Positions 31,681 to 41,483 are shown, counted from the first letter of the stretch. The stretch is 62,401 nucleotides of DNA from an uncultured Dehalococcoidia bacterium (GCA_964343265.1 CAYFIW010000005.1:1-62401); one strand, 5' to 3'. Notes: generated from the sequence alone by a model not told the origin. A program made the numbers and translations.

Positions 31681-32421
31681 CTATATCGAACCAATTGCAG
31701 AAATAATTTCATTGAAATCATGTATAGCTTTTTTACGCCTTTTGCCCCTCTTTAATGAGCCAAAAATATTAGACGGCATAATATAATTTTTGTAAGTTGG
31801 CTTAATTAATTCTCCTAAAGTACGCCGGTCAAAAACGGATAGCTTTTCGTCGACAGTCGCAGCAACAAACCGTACTATCGCGAACGGTATATCTGATTTC
31901 AAGCAAGCCCTAGATATATTTGATGAATCAAAATCAATAACGCTGGAATCAAACTCTTCACCAATCCAATACCGCATTTTTGTTTTTGAAGGAATATTGC
32001 TTGTACATAATAAATTTCCGTCACAAAATGTTTTTACATTTTTTAAAATCTTCTTTCCGAACTCACTGAATTTCATAGAAGATGAGACTTCTGAGATATA
32101 ACTTGAATCTTTATTCCACAAAGCCATGGGGCCTTCTAAAGAAGTAATCTTGCTGCAAAACACAACATCGCCCAGAGATATCTCTTTATTTAAGGACATA
32201 GCATGTCCGATCGATATCAAAAAATCTGGAGAATAATTATTTATCAACCAATTCGCCGACTCACTTAACTTATGCCCTGACCCTCCGACAACAATCACAA
32301 CATCTTTCATAGAATCAGACAAAAACGCCCTATATTTGCCATGCATGCCTGCGATATAAAATCCACTATATTTCATATGCGATTTTGTAATATATTCGTC
32401 CGTTACCAGCAATCCCTTCAA
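31681..32421 (-). CDS. divergent PNP/MTAN-fold nucleoside phosphorylase-like protein
   Basis: PDFLISIGHA.SL...ISLGDVV, 'VIDFDSS.I..AC....IPFAIVR.V' echo the MTAN/HpnG pattern (..G.AG.L...L..GD.V; VDMES...A....PF..VR). Catalytic residues are degenerate. Confidence 0.55.
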   Translation of the reverse strand: MKGLLVTDEYITKSHMKYSGFYIAGMHGKYRAFLSDSMKDVVIVVGGSGHKLSESANWLINNYSPDFLISIGHAMSLNKEISLGDVVFCSKITSLEGPMALWNKDSSYISEVSSSMKFSEFGKKILKNVKTFCDGNLLCTSNIPSKTKMRYWIGEEFDSSVIDFDSSNISRACLKSDIPFAIVRFVAATVDEKLSVFDRRTLGELIKPTYKNYIMPSNIFGSLKRGKRRKKAIHDFNEIISAIGSI

Positions 32422-32518
32422 ATAATCACCTCTGACAATAATCTCCGAAATTTATCTTATGGCCTTTAAATACCTTCATGCTAATAGGAAACATCAACTT
32501 ATAAAATAACGAGACTGT

Positions 32519-33571
32519 TTAAAATTTTCTCTGGGCTAAAAAATAAACTAGTTCTGAAAATCTATCTCTTTGTACTGAATCCAAAGGCGTAGGCCTTAAA
32601 GCGGCTAACGCACTATCGCGATATTCGCAGGCTAAATCCTGTGAATACATGTAAGTTTTAGTTTCATCCATTATTGTCAAAACTGTCTCAACATCAAAAT
32701 CGCCGATATCATCCTTCGTAAAAATATCCAAGAGTGTTCTGTTGGATGCTCCCGTGGATTCAGAAATAGCATGTAGAATAGGAAGGGACTTTTTTTTTCT
32801 TCTAATATCTGCTCCTACTGGCTTCCCTGTAAGCTCTGAATCTCCCCAAATCCCCAAAATGTCATCGCGTATTTGAAACGTGTATCCTAGCGCTTGCCCG
32901 GCCTCTCTAAAGCTTGACACATCCCGTTTGTTCATCCCCCCTAACAACGATCCGATTGATAATGAACAACGTATCAAAGCGCCAGTCTTCCTAGAAATCA
33001 TACTCATATATTCATCAAGCATTATGTGTGGCTTGCTTTCAAAATAAATGTCCATATACTGACCCTCTATCATCTCCAAGCAAGCCTCGGTCAACATCGA
33101 CATACCTTCCAACGACTTATACTCATCAACCTGATTCTTATCAAGTATTGCCATATCAGCGATCACTCTCAACACATCCCCCGCAATGAGAGCCTTTGGT
33201 TTGCCCCATACTGTCCACAGAGTCGGCCTATGATGTCGAGTCTCGTCCAAGTCTTGGATCTCATCATGAATGAGGGAAAAATTATGAATAAGCTCAATTG
33301 ATGCGGCAGCATTCAACACGATTTGTGGTGATCGCCCAGCACATTCGCAGGCAAACATGCATAGAGAAGGTCGCAAAGACTTTCCCATTTCACTTTCTAT
33401 AGGATCACCTTTAACATCACCCCAACCCATACAATAACGTAACATATCGTACACGAATAGCTTCGTATCAGTGATCTCATCTTTTATTGCATCGCTAATA
33501 TCATTCCTGTATTTTTCCAAAATTAACGGCACAGGTCCATAGGTCTTATCTTCACCCATCATATCGCCCAA
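32519..33571 (-). CDS. trans-polyprenyl diphosphate synthase (short-chain, GGPP synthase/IdsA-like)
   Basis: GKSLRP, ELIHNFSLIHDEIQD..ETRHHRPT, GQYMD, KTGAL, FQIRDDILG, TGKP.G.DIR..KK. AGGAGG RBS. Confidence 0.92.
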   Translation of the reverse strand: MGDMMGEDKTYGPVPLILEKYRNDISDAIKDEITDTKLFVYDMLRYCMGWGDVKGDPIESEMGKSLRPSLCMFACECAGRSPQIVLNAAASIELIHNFSLIHDEIQDLDETRHHRPTLWTVWGKPKALIAGDVLRVIADMAILDKNQVDEYKSLEGMSMLTEACLEMIEGQYMDIYFESKPHIMLDEYMSMISRKTGALIRCSLSIGSLLGGMNKRDVSSFREAGQALGYTFQIRDDILGIWGDSELTGKPVGADIRRKKKSLPILHAISESTGASNRTLLDIFTKDDIGDFDVETVLTIMDETKTYMYSQDLACEYRDSALAALRPTPLDSVQRDRFSELVYFLAQRKF

Positions 33572-33586
33572 AAACCTCCTAACAAC

Positions 33587-33608
33587 TCTGCAAAAGTCTG
33601 CAAAAGTC
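33587..33608. repeat. tandem direct repeat TCTGCAAAAG x2
   Basis: Exact 10-bp units at 33587-33596 and 33597-33606, plus a partial third unit (TC). Confidence 0.8.
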
Positions 33609-33695
33609 GTCCAAAATAACCTTCAACAAGTATAGATAAACTAGAATCATTGAAACTGAAATACAATGAGAACAATTTACTGCTCCCTGATCAGT

Positions 33696-33719
33696 CCCTG
33701 AGACAAACCCTGAGACAAA
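33696..33719. repeat. tandem direct repeat CCCTGAGACAAA x2
   Basis: Exact 12-bp units at 33696-33707 and 33708-33719, with a partial CCCTGA at 33685-33690. Confidence 0.8.
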
Positions 33720-33773
33720 AATATTCCCAAAATCCAAAAGTCTTGTTTCTGCATATCTGAATTAATTTTTATC

Positions 33774-33803
33774 TTGCTAGCCACGTACAATTTATGCTAT
33801 ATT
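33774..33803 (+). promoter_or_regulatory. putative nuo operon promoter (TTGCTA-N18, extended -10 TGcTATATT)
   Basis: Near-consensus elements just upstream of nuoA. Confidence 0.45.
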
Positions 33804-33876
33804 TTTGCACTAGATTTCAGGTGTGTACAGATGGTTGAATTTTATCCTGAAATACTTGCTGACTGCGACGGGAAGG

Positions 33877-34272
33877 ATGCTCGACGAATACTTTAGACAG
33901 TACGGTGTAATTGCTATCTTTGCGGCGCTCGCGGTAGCGGTTCCTACCAGCATGTTAATAATATCTTGGCTTTTGTCTGTCCTTAAGGTCAGACCTAACA
34001 ACCCTTCTGATGTAAAAAACAGCATCTATGAATGTGGGTTTGAAACGATTACAGAACGTTGGAACAACTTTAATTTCAGGTACTACAGCATAGCTCTTCT
34101 TTTTGTGATATTCGATGTTGAGGTAGTTTTCCTTTTTCCATGGGCTGCGAGCTTTGGGATTATGTCACAGGAATTTGGTATTTTTGTTCTGGTTGAGATG
34201 ATAATTTTTGTTGGAATCCTTTTACTGGGCTGGTTGTATGCTTGGAGGAAAGGGTCTTTGGAATGGAGCTAA
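33877..34272 (+). CDS. nuoA: NADH-quinone oxidoreductase subunit A (start uncertain: 33823/33856/33877)
   Basis: [38 protein letters not shown]. Confidence 0.95.
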   Translation: MLDEYFRQYGVIAIFAALAVAVPTSMLIISWLLSVLKVRPNNPSDVKNSIYECGFETITERWNNFNFRYYSIALLFVIFDVEVVFLFPWAASFGIMSQEFGIFVLVEMIIFVGILLLGWLYAWRKGSLEWS

Positions 34273-34273
34273 C

Positions 34274-34903
34274 ATGACGTCTGAATTAATCAAGCCCGAA
34301 TCCAGTGATCTTATAGTGCCGTTGCATAAGACCACTTGGAATTTAGATCATGACGAAGGAAATTACATTAATCATCTAAAGGAAACTCATACTGAGGCAC
34401 TAAGAGAACCTTTGATTGACGTCCCCGATGATCTGCAACGCAATATCGCGGTGACATCAGTTGACGCTTTAATAGGCTGGGGTAGAAAGTCTGCCGTATG
34501 GCCCCTTACTTTTGGACTGGCCTGCTGCGCCTTTGAAATGATTGCCAGCGCAATGTCACGATTTGATCTATCAAGGTTTGGCATGGAAGTATTTAGGCCA
34601 TCGCCGCGTCAGGCCGACTTGATTATCATAGCGGGTACTGTCACTTGGAAGATGGCACCGGCGATAGAAAGAGTTTATGAACAAATGGCAGAACCTCGGT
34701 GGGTCATATCTATGGGAGTCTGCGCGACGAGCGGAGGGCCATACTATGGGTCATATAGTGTCGTTCCGGGAGTGAACCATATAATCCCAGTAGATGTCTA
34801 TGTACCAGGTTGCCCACCCAGACCAGATGCACTCCTGTATGGAATCATGCAACTTCACGAAAAAATCAAACGCTACTCCATTAAGGAAAGTAAGCGCCCT
34901 TGA
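34274..34903 (+). CDS. nuoB: NADH-quinone oxidoreductase subunit B
   Basis: [42 protein letters not shown] 34274 lies behind GGAG. Confidence 0.97.
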   Translation: MTSELIKPESSDLIVPLHKTTWNLDHDEGNYINHLKETHTEALREPLIDVPDDLQRNIAVTSVDALIGWGRKSAVWPLTFGLACCAFEMIASAMSRFDLSRFGMEVFRPSPRQADLIIIAGTVTWKMAPAIERVYEQMAEPRWVISMGVCATSGGPYYGSYSVVPGVNHIIPVDVYVPGCPPRPDALLYGIMQLHEKIKRYSIKESKRP

Positions 34904-35343
34904 CAAAATTTATAAGCGGCAAAGAAATGGCCAAAACCATAGAATCAGCGGTACCAGGATCAGTAACAGAAAGTACCGATGAATGCGTTTGGGTCAAGTC
35001 AGAGATGATCCGTGAAGTATGTCTCTCATTGAAAGATACTTCAGGTATGGATTTCTCCTACTTGACTTCAATATCTGCCGTCGACTATATAGACAAATTT
35101 GAGATTGTTTACCACCTACTATCCATGAGAAACAATTACGCCGCGATAGTGAAATCTATTTGTCTAGGACGAGAAAACCCATCAATACCCTCCGTGACTG
35201 AAGTGTGGAAAGGTGCGGATCTCCAAGAACGGGAAGTATGGGATCTAATGGGAATCGAGTTCCAGGGTCATCCAAATCTCAAAAGAATTTTACTTTGGGA
35301 AGGATTCAATGGTCATCCTCTCAGAAAAGATTATTTAGGGTAA
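34900..35343 (+). CDS. nuoC: NADH-quinone oxidoreductase subunit C
   Basis: F.YL..ISAVDY, FEIVYHL.S, PSV...W.GA...[25 protein letters not shown]. Confidence 0.95.
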   Translation: MTKFISGKEMAKTIESAVPGSVTESTDECVWVKSEMIREVCLSLKDTSGMDFSYLTSISAVDYIDKFEIVYHLLSMRNNYAAIVKSICLGRENPSIPSVTEVWKGADLQEREVWDLMGIEFQGHPNLKRILLWEGFNGHPLRKDYLG

Positions 35344-35345
35344 CC

Positions 35346-36452
35346 ATGAATAGAATTAGAACAGAGCCTGTAACTATAAATCTGGGACCGCAACATCCAA
35401 GTACACATGGTGTATTCAGATTGCGGGTCTCTTTTGATGGTGAAGAAATAATAGATGTCGAGCCTGTCTTTGGATATTTACATAGGGGGACAGAAAAACT
35501 GGCAGAAAGCAGAAACTATGTCCAGATAGTCACTTTGACTGACAGAATGGATTATGTCGCGAGTATGTCTAATAACCTGGCTTACGTCAGAACAGTAGAA
35601 GCGCTCTCTGATATTGAGGTTCCTGAAAGAGCGCAATATATTCGGGTAATCAGCGCCGAGTTACAAAGAATAGCTAGCCATTTAATGGCAACAGGATTTT
35701 TATTAAACGATTTAGGAGCTCTAGCTACGCCCTTAACCTATTGTTTCCGTGAACGAGAAAGAATCCTCGACCTTTTTGAGATGCTGTGTGGCGCCAGGAT
35801 AACTCTAAGCTATATGAGGCCCGGAGGTGTTTTTCAAGATGCCCCTGAAGAGTTTTGGCACTCTTTAAATTCTTTAATGTCAGACATGCCACATTATCTA
35901 GATGAGTTGGAATCTATGATAACTTCAAACGAAATCGTTCTAGCGAGGACGAGAGGAGTTGGCCTGCTCACAGATAGCCAGGCAATTGATTCCTCAGTGT
36001 CTGGTCCAAATTTACGAGCTTCTGGTGTTAAATGGGATCTGAGAAAAGCGGACCCTTACGAAATTTATGACAGAATTAAATTCGATATACCTATTGGGGT
36101 TGACGGAGACACATTCGATAGATATTACGTCCGCATATTAGAGATGCGAGAAAGCCTCAAAATAATTACTCAATGCATTGAACAAATCGAGGAAGGCCCT
36201 ATAAGAGCAAATACACCATATTTTATTAGACCTCCAGTGGGCGAAGCATATAGAGCAGTTGAAGGGCCAAAAGGAGAACTAGGGTTCTATATGATCAGCG
36301 ATGGTAGTATCGCCCCATACCGGTGTAAAGTTAGAGCACCCTCCTTCCTTAATCTAACTCCCTTAAGAGAAATGCTAAAAGGGTGGAAGATGGGGGATTT
36401 GATCATAATATTAGGCTCAATAGATATTGTCTTGGGAGAGGTAGACCGATAA
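35346..36452 (+). CDS. nuoD: NADH-quinone oxidoreductase subunit D
   Basis: NLGPQHPSTHGVFR, GYLHRG.EK, DRMDY, EGPKGELG, SIDIVLGEVDR. No NiFe CxxC motifs. Confidence 0.97.
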   Translation: MNRIRTEPVTINLGPQHPSTHGVFRLRVSFDGEEIIDVEPVFGYLHRGTEKLAESRNYVQIVTLTDRMDYVASMSNNLAYVRTVEALSDIEVPERAQYIRVISAELQRIASHLMATGFLLNDLGALATPLTYCFRERERILDLFEMLCGARITLSYMRPGGVFQDAPEEFWHSLNSLMSDMPHYLDELESMITSNEIVLARTRGVGLLTDSQAIDSSVSGPNLRASGVKWDLRKADPYEIYDRIKFDIPIGVDGDTFDRYYVRILEMRESLKIITQCIEQIEEGPIRANTPYFIRPPVGEAYRAVEGPKGELGFYMISDGSIAPYRCKVRAPSFLNLTPLREMLKGWKMGDLIIILGSIDIVLGEVDR

Positions 36453-36454
36453 TC

Positions 36455-37666
36455 ATGCCCACCCTTTTAATAGACTTTTATACTTTTTATGACTTTTTTT
36501 TCAAAACGTTCGATTCCATCGGACTAGGAAAATCGGCTGCCTGGATGTCCTACCTTACAGCTGGAATTTTAATTTCTTTTACAGTAATTAATGTAATGAT
36601 CTTATCCACCGCACTTTACACATGGTTTGAAAGAAGAGTTCTCGGAAGATTCCATGTTAGAAGAGGACCTAACAGGCACGGTCCGTTCGGATTATTGCAG
36701 CCCATAGCGGACGTATTAAAACTTATAATGAAAGAAGATACACTTCCGGATAAAGCTGACAAACCTGTTATGACCCTAGCACCGATAGCGTTGCTTGCTC
36801 CAACTCTTCTGATAATGACAGTTATACCTCTGTCAGAAAACTCATTTCTTGGAAGCTTGAATATCGGGATACTTTTCATAGTTGGAGTTACATCTGTAAA
36901 CTCCATTGCTATTTTTATGGCTGGATGGGGATCGAGAAATAAGTATGCCGTATTAGGTTCTATGCGCGGTGCCGCGATGTTGGTCAGTTATGAAATACCT
37001 ATGGCACTAGGTATAACAAGCGTCTTACTACTATCGGGTTCATTGGCTATGACTGAGATCATGATGAGCCAAGACATCTGGTTTATCGTAGTCATGCCAA
37101 TGGGTTTCTTCGTGTTTATGGCAGCGGCTACCGCTGAGATGAGTAGAACCCCGTTTGATCAGATAGAAGCTGAATCAGAGCTAGGAGCGGGCTACAATAC
37201 TGAATTCAGCGGTATCAAGTTTGCTATCCTGTTTTTAGCTGAATTTATGGCTCCGATAATTACTGCTGCAGTTGTCACTACATTGTTTCTTGGTGGAACA
37301 AAAGGCTTTGATCCCGTACCAGGGCAAGCATGGTTTGTGTTGAAAATGTTTGTGGTTATATTCGTTCTACTATGGTTTAGGGCAACGTGGCCTAGGCTAC
37401 GTGTAGACCAGATCATGGGATTTGCATGGAAACCACTGTTTGGGCTAGGAATTTTCAACATTTTCCTAATCGCTTTAGAAAGTACAATCCTAAGTTATAA
37501 CGACAACGATATAAGCTCGACGGATATGTTGTTGATGGGTGCCATAAATTGGGTCGTTACTATAGTGATTTTGCTTATACTAATGAACGTATTTGGTAAC
37601 AAGAAACTTGAAAGACCTGATCCAGTACCTTCCCCACTGGCAAATATGGGAACGGAGGCCGATTAA
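36455..37666 (+). CDS. nuoH: NADH-quinone oxidoreductase subunit H
   Basis: ERRVLGR...R.GPNR.GPFGLLQPIAD.LKL..KE, NKYA.LG.MR, SYE, AE..R.PFD..EAESEL..GY.TE. Confidence 0.96.
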   Translation: MPTLLIDFYTFYDFFFKTFDSIGLGKSAAWMSYLTAGILISFTVINVMILSTALYTWFERRVLGRFHVRRGPNRHGPFGLLQPIADVLKLIMKEDTLPDKADKPVMTLAPIALLAPTLLIMTVIPLSENSFLGSLNIGILFIVGVTSVNSIAIFMAGWGSRNKYAVLGSMRGAAMLVSYEIPMALGITSVLLLSGSLAMTEIMMSQDIWFIVVMPMGFFVFMAAATAEMSRTPFDQIEAESELGAGYNTEFSGIKFAILFLAEFMAPIITAAVVTTLFLGGTKGFDPVPGQAWFVLKMFVVIFVLLWFRATWPRLRVDQIMGFAWKPLFGLGIFNIFLIALESTILSYNDNDISSTDMLLMGAINWVVTIVILLILMNVFGNKKLERPDPVPSPLANMGTEAD

Positions 37667-37667
37667 T

Positions 37668-38339
37668 ATGTACGGACTAGGAATAATCAAAGGGCTTGGT
37701 GTGACGATGAAAAACCTAGCCTCACCGGGACGACAATTTAACCTTCATCAATACCCTGACAAGAAAGCCAGCCCTTCTGATCTGGCAAAACTGGAAGGCA
37801 AAAACACTTTAGCATTCATGTTTGCCAAACCATTAAAAACGATAAAGTCACTAGCTGGACTAGAAACAATAGAGCAAAGGCTCCCGCAAGATGCTAGGTT
37901 TAGGGGTGAGGAATTCGCATGGTACGACAAAAGATGTACAGGATGCGCTAGTTGTGCGAAATATTGCCCACTGGGAATTATAAAAATAGTTACGGACACC
38001 AGCGGAGTAAATCTTCAAGAGGGACAAAGCTACGATATTGAAGTTTTTGACATCGACATTGGAAGATGCATGTTTTGTGGGTTATGTGTAGAAGCATGTC
38101 CTTACGACGCACTCCACATGGGTAGCGGATTTGAAGAAGGTACATATTCAAGAAGTAACCTCGTCATAGATGTAGAACGCCTAAAGAAAGCTGATAAAAA
38201 ACCAAGTACGTGGTTTAGGCCTCAACTCACTGATAGAGGTCATAATCCTATGGATGGTATGAAGGCGGATTGGGATGAAGTTGGAAGACATGAAAAGCCA
38301 AGCCTAGAAGATCAACAAAATAAATGGGCTAAAAGATGA
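37668..38339 (+). CDS. nuoI: NADH-quinone oxidoreductase subunit I (2x[4Fe-4S]), with insertion and C-terminal extension
   Basis: CTGCASCAKYCP and CMFCGLCVEACP; QYP...RFRG. ATG 37668 lies behind GGAGG. Confidence 0.93.
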   Translation: MYGLGIIKGLGVTMKNLASPGRQFNLHQYPDKKASPSDLAKLEGKNTLAFMFAKPLKTIKSLAGLETIEQRLPQDARFRGEEFAWYDKRCTGCASCAKYCPLGIIKIVTDTSGVNLQEGQSYDIEVFDIDIGRCMFCGLCVEACPYDALHMGSGFEEGTYSRSNLVIDVERLKKADKKPSTWFRPQLTDRGHNPMDGMKADWDEVGRHEKPSLEDQQNKWAKR

Positions 38340-38884
38340 ACTTAGGAACCGGCACAGAAGAAGCGATAATAGTCGAAATAGTATTTTGGGTTATTGCTTT
38401 ATGCACAATAATATCTGCAATTGCAGTCGTACAGGTAAGAGATCTCTTTAGAGCATCTCTTTTTTTAATAGTGACATTTCTTGGCATAGCTGGCATGTTC
38501 ATTCTTTTGAGAGCAGAGTTTCTTGCTGGTGTACAGCTAATGATCTACGTCGGAGCCATATCTGTATTAATAATATTCGCTATTTTAATGACAAGGGATA
38601 TTGATGATGGAAATCCATCACACGGGTTCCGACTGCCTGTAGCGATAATATCTCTTGTTTTTATGGGTATAGCGATTTACGCCGTGAGTCAAACGGAATG
38701 GCCTTTACTTGCATCTCAGTCACTAAGTCCAGACCAAATTAGCCAAAGCAAAGCCGTGTTTGAAAACACCATACCCGATACGGCTCGAATGCTTTTAAGG
38801 GACTATGTATTGGCATTTGAGGCAGTATCTGTACTATTACTCGCTGCAGTATTAGGTGCCCTAGCATTAGTGAGGGAAAAGTAA
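38336..38884 (+). CDS. nuoJ: NADH-quinone oxidoreductase subunit J
   Basis: AEFLA.VQL.IYVGAI.VL..FAI, Y.LAFE..SVLLL.A.LGA. Confidence 0.95.
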   Translation: MNLGTGTEEAIIVEIVFWVIALCTIISAIAVVQVRDLFRASLFLIVTFLGIAGMFILLRAEFLAGVQLMIYVGAISVLIIFAILMTRDIDDGNPSHGFRLPVAIISLVFMGIAIYAVSQTEWPLLASQSLSPDQISQSKAVFENTIPDTARMLLRDYVLAFEAVSVLLLAAVLGALALVREK

Positions 38885-38887
38885 CCA

Positions 38888-39229
38888 ATGACGCTAGAAC
38901 GGTTTTTAATAATTGGAGCAATACTCTTTTCTATAGGTATATATGGAGCATTATCTAAAAAAAGCGCGATCGCGGTCTTAATGTCATTAGAGATAATGTT
39001 CAACGGAATTAGCCTAAGTGCAGTGGCTTTATCTAGATACACTGTTCCATATGCATTATCCTCCGGAGTCGATTCTGCATCCAAATTTCTTCTTACAGGT
39101 CACATATTTACAATATTCATTGTCACTATCGCAGCGGCCGAAGTGGCTCTAGGGCTAGCCATAATCATTGCAATTTACCGTTCGAGAAGAAATATACTCG
39201 TGACCGAAGCCACGGAAATGAGGAAGTAG
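38888..39229 (+). CDS. nuoK: NADH-quinone oxidoreductase subunit K
   Basis: LFSIG.YG.L, LMSLEIM.N, G.IF.IF...IAAAE.ALGLAI. Confidence 0.95.
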   Translation: MTLERFLIIGAILFSIGIYGALSKKSAIAVLMSLEIMFNGISLSAVALSRYTVPYALSSGVDSASKFLLTGHIFTIFIVTIAAAEVALGLAIIIAIYRSRRNILVTEATEMRK

Positions 39230-39230
39230 A

Positions 39231-39425
39231 ATGTGGGTCGAATATAAAACCGTACCTAATTTAGTCTCAGCAGAAATGTGGAAAGACACTTTTGAATCTG
39301 AAGGACTGACGACAAAGATTTTGCCCGTAGGCGATATAACATCTTGGGGTGAACAAACATCTTTTAAGATTTATGTACCAAAAGGACGAGAACACGTAGC
39401 AGACGAAATACTTAGGAAACTATAA
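39231..39425 (+). CDS. small DUF2007-like (putative signal-transducing, GlnB/PII-like fold) protein within the nuo operon
   Basis: 64 aa, 1 nt after the nuoK stop and 4 nt before nuoL, with a GAGG RBS. Pattern 'W......N...AEM.K..FESEG....I ... KIYVP.......A.EIL' matches DUF2007 by eye. Confidence 0.7.
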   Translation: MWVEYKTVPNLVSAEMWKDTFESEGLTTKILPVGDITSWGEQTSFKIYVPKGREHVADEILRKL

Positions 39426-39429
39426 CTTT

Positions 39430-41475
39430 ATGGTGTCTGAACAACTAATCTGGCTAATATTTTTTCTGCCATTAATATCATTTGGAATTATTGCACTTAT
39501 AGTAAGACCTTTTTTTAACCAGATATCATTCATCTCTGGACCAATTGCAATCCTAGCTATCGGAAGTGCCTTCGTTATATCACTCCTCACTTTTTTTGAA
39601 ATAGGGCAAGGTAATCATCACCTCGTTGAAGGTCCTTATGAGTGGTTCAGCATAGGATCCTTAGCTTTCACTGTAGGGATATTAATGGACCCACTAACGG
39701 CGATCATGCTTGTCGTTGTGACCGGTGTCAGCCTAATGGTGCAAATATATTCGATTGGCTATATGAAGCCCCCAAAAATTGAAAATCACTCTAACGAGCA
39801 TGACCCCAGCGAACTGGGAAAACCAGTGTATGCAAGATACTTTGCTTATATGTCATTGTTTACTGCCTCGATGCTGGGTCTGGTAATGTCAGCAAACGTC
39901 ATACAACTATTTGTATTTTGGGAACTTGTCGGTCTTTGTTCCTACTTACTTATTGGATTTTGGTTTCATCGTCCTGCTGCAGCTGCAGCGGCTAAAAAAG
40001 CATTTATAGTAACTAGGGTCGGAGATTTCGGTTTCTTGTTGGCTCTTATGTACCTGTTCTTCAAAACGTTGAACACATCGGATGGTCTGAATTATCTTGA
40101 AATAGAAACCATCAATAATCACCTACCTAACCTTGTAACCTTAGGGTTTATAGGTTCAGGGGCTCTCACACTGATAACGATTGGAATATTTGTAGGCGCA
40201 ATAGGAAAATCGGGACAGTTTCCACTTCACACCTGGCTTCCCGATGCCATGGAAGGACCGACACCCGTAAGCGCTCTCATCCACGCTGCCACCATGGTAA
40301 CTGCTGGAGTGTTCCTTGTTGGCAGATTCTTCCCAATTTTCCAAGCCTCAGAATCCGCCATGACTCTAGTCGCTTTGATTGGAGGTTTTACAGCGATATT
40401 TGCGGCCACCATGGGATTAGTTTCCAACGACATAAAGAGGGTTCTAGCATACTCGACAGTAAGTCAGTTAGGTTACATGATGCTGGCATTAGGAGTAGGA
40501 GCCTATGGAGCTGCCATTTTCCATCTGTTTACTCATGCATTTTTTAAAGCATTGTTATTTTTGGGATCAGGAAGCGTGAACCATGCAACCGGGACGTTCG
40601 ATATGAGATACATGGGAGGACTTCGAAAAGCAATGCCCATAACATTTATTACGTTCCTTATCGGTAGTCTGAGTCTTGCTGGAATATTTCCGCTTGCCGG
40701 TTTTTGGAGCAAGGATGAAATATTGCTCAACGCATTTGCAGATGGTACCGATGGTAATCCCATAAGCATGTTAGTCTTTGCCCTCGCTCTCATAGCTGTT
40801 TTCATGACTGCTTTTTACATGTTTAGAGCAATGTTTATGACATTTGGCGGAAGTTTCAGAGGAGGGTCCGATAAAGACCCTGAGGCGCATGCTCACGGGC
40901 CCGTTCATCTAGGTGAATCACCAATATCAATGATTCTACCCATGGTATTGCTTGCCGTTCCAGCAGTAATCATAGGATACGTAGCAAACCCATTTACAGC
41001 CCTATTCGGGATAGAAGCCCACTGGATGTCCCATACCTTAGAGCATTGGCTACCAAATGAAATCAAAGGTCATGTTGCAGAAGAATTCAACTTCTTACTA
41101 GCGATAATTTCTTCTTTGATTGCAATTCTAGGAATAATACTAGCCTACATGATGTATAAATCAGAACCCATCATATCCCCTGAGTCAGTGTCTAAACCAT
41201 TTAAACCTATACATACACTTTTTTATAAAAAATATTATTTTGACGAACTTTACGAAGATATTATCGTCAAAAAGGTTTATTACGGTAGTATCGCTCTAGT
41301 TTTGGATTGGACAGACCGAAATGTAGTCGACAGAATCGTCAACATAATTGGATGGACAGGAACAAACATTGGAGGACTTTTGCGGCAGATACAAAATGGG
41401 CAGCTACAAATGTATGCCACGGCCACATCCATTGGCGTTATAGCTATAGCGGCTATATTTATTTTTGGTAGATAA
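39430..41475 (+). CDS. nuoL: NADH-quinone oxidoreductase subunit L
   Basis: WELVGLCSYLLIGFW, KAFIVTRVGD, GKSGQFPLHTWLPDAMEGPTPVSALIHAATMV, DIKRVLAYST.SQLGYM, HAFFKALLFL. Confidence 0.97.
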   Translation: MVSEQLIWLIFFLPLISFGIIALIVRPFFNQISFISGPIAILAIGSAFVISLLTFFEIGQGNHHLVEGPYEWFSIGSLAFTVGILMDPLTAIMLVVVTGVSLMVQIYSIGYMKPPKIENHSNEHDPSELGKPVYARYFAYMSLFTASMLGLVMSANVIQLFVFWELVGLCSYLLIGFWFHRPAAAAAAKKAFIVTRVGDFGFLLALMYLFFKTLNTSDGLNYLEIETINNHLPNLVTLGFIGSGALTLITIGIFVGAIGKSGQFPLHTWLPDAMEGPTPVSALIHAATMVTAGVFLVGRFFPIFQASESAMTLVALIGGFTAIFAATMGLVSNDIKRVLAYSTVSQLGYMMLALGVGAYGAAIFHLFTHAFFKALLFLGSGSVNHATGTFDMRYMGGLRKAMPITFITFLIGSLSLAGIFPLAGFWSKDEILLNAFADGTDGNPISMLVFALALIAVFMTAFYMFRAMFMTFGGSFRGGSDKDPEAHAHGPVHLGESPISMILPMVLLAVPAVIIGYVANPFTALFGIEAHWMSHTLEHWLPNEIKGHVAEEFNFLLAIISSLIAILGIILAYMMYKSEPIISPESVSKPFKPIHTLFYKKYYFDELYEDIIVKKVYYGSIALVLDWTDRNVVDRIVNIIGWTGTNIGGLLRQIQNGQLQMYATATSIGVIAIAAIFIFGR

Positions 41476-41483
41476 ATAAAGAC

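Noticed and set aside
35346..36452. Possible group 4 [NiFe]-hydrogenase large subunit
   Set aside because: There are no N- or C-terminal CxxC motifs, and the NuoD quinone-site motifs are present.
34208..37667. Long N-terminal extensions and overlaps of nuoB, nuoD, nuoH and nuoI in the ORF track
   Set aside because: These are artefacts of choosing the first TTG/GTG. ATGs just after the upstream stops (34274, 35346, 36455, 37668) give normal proteins.
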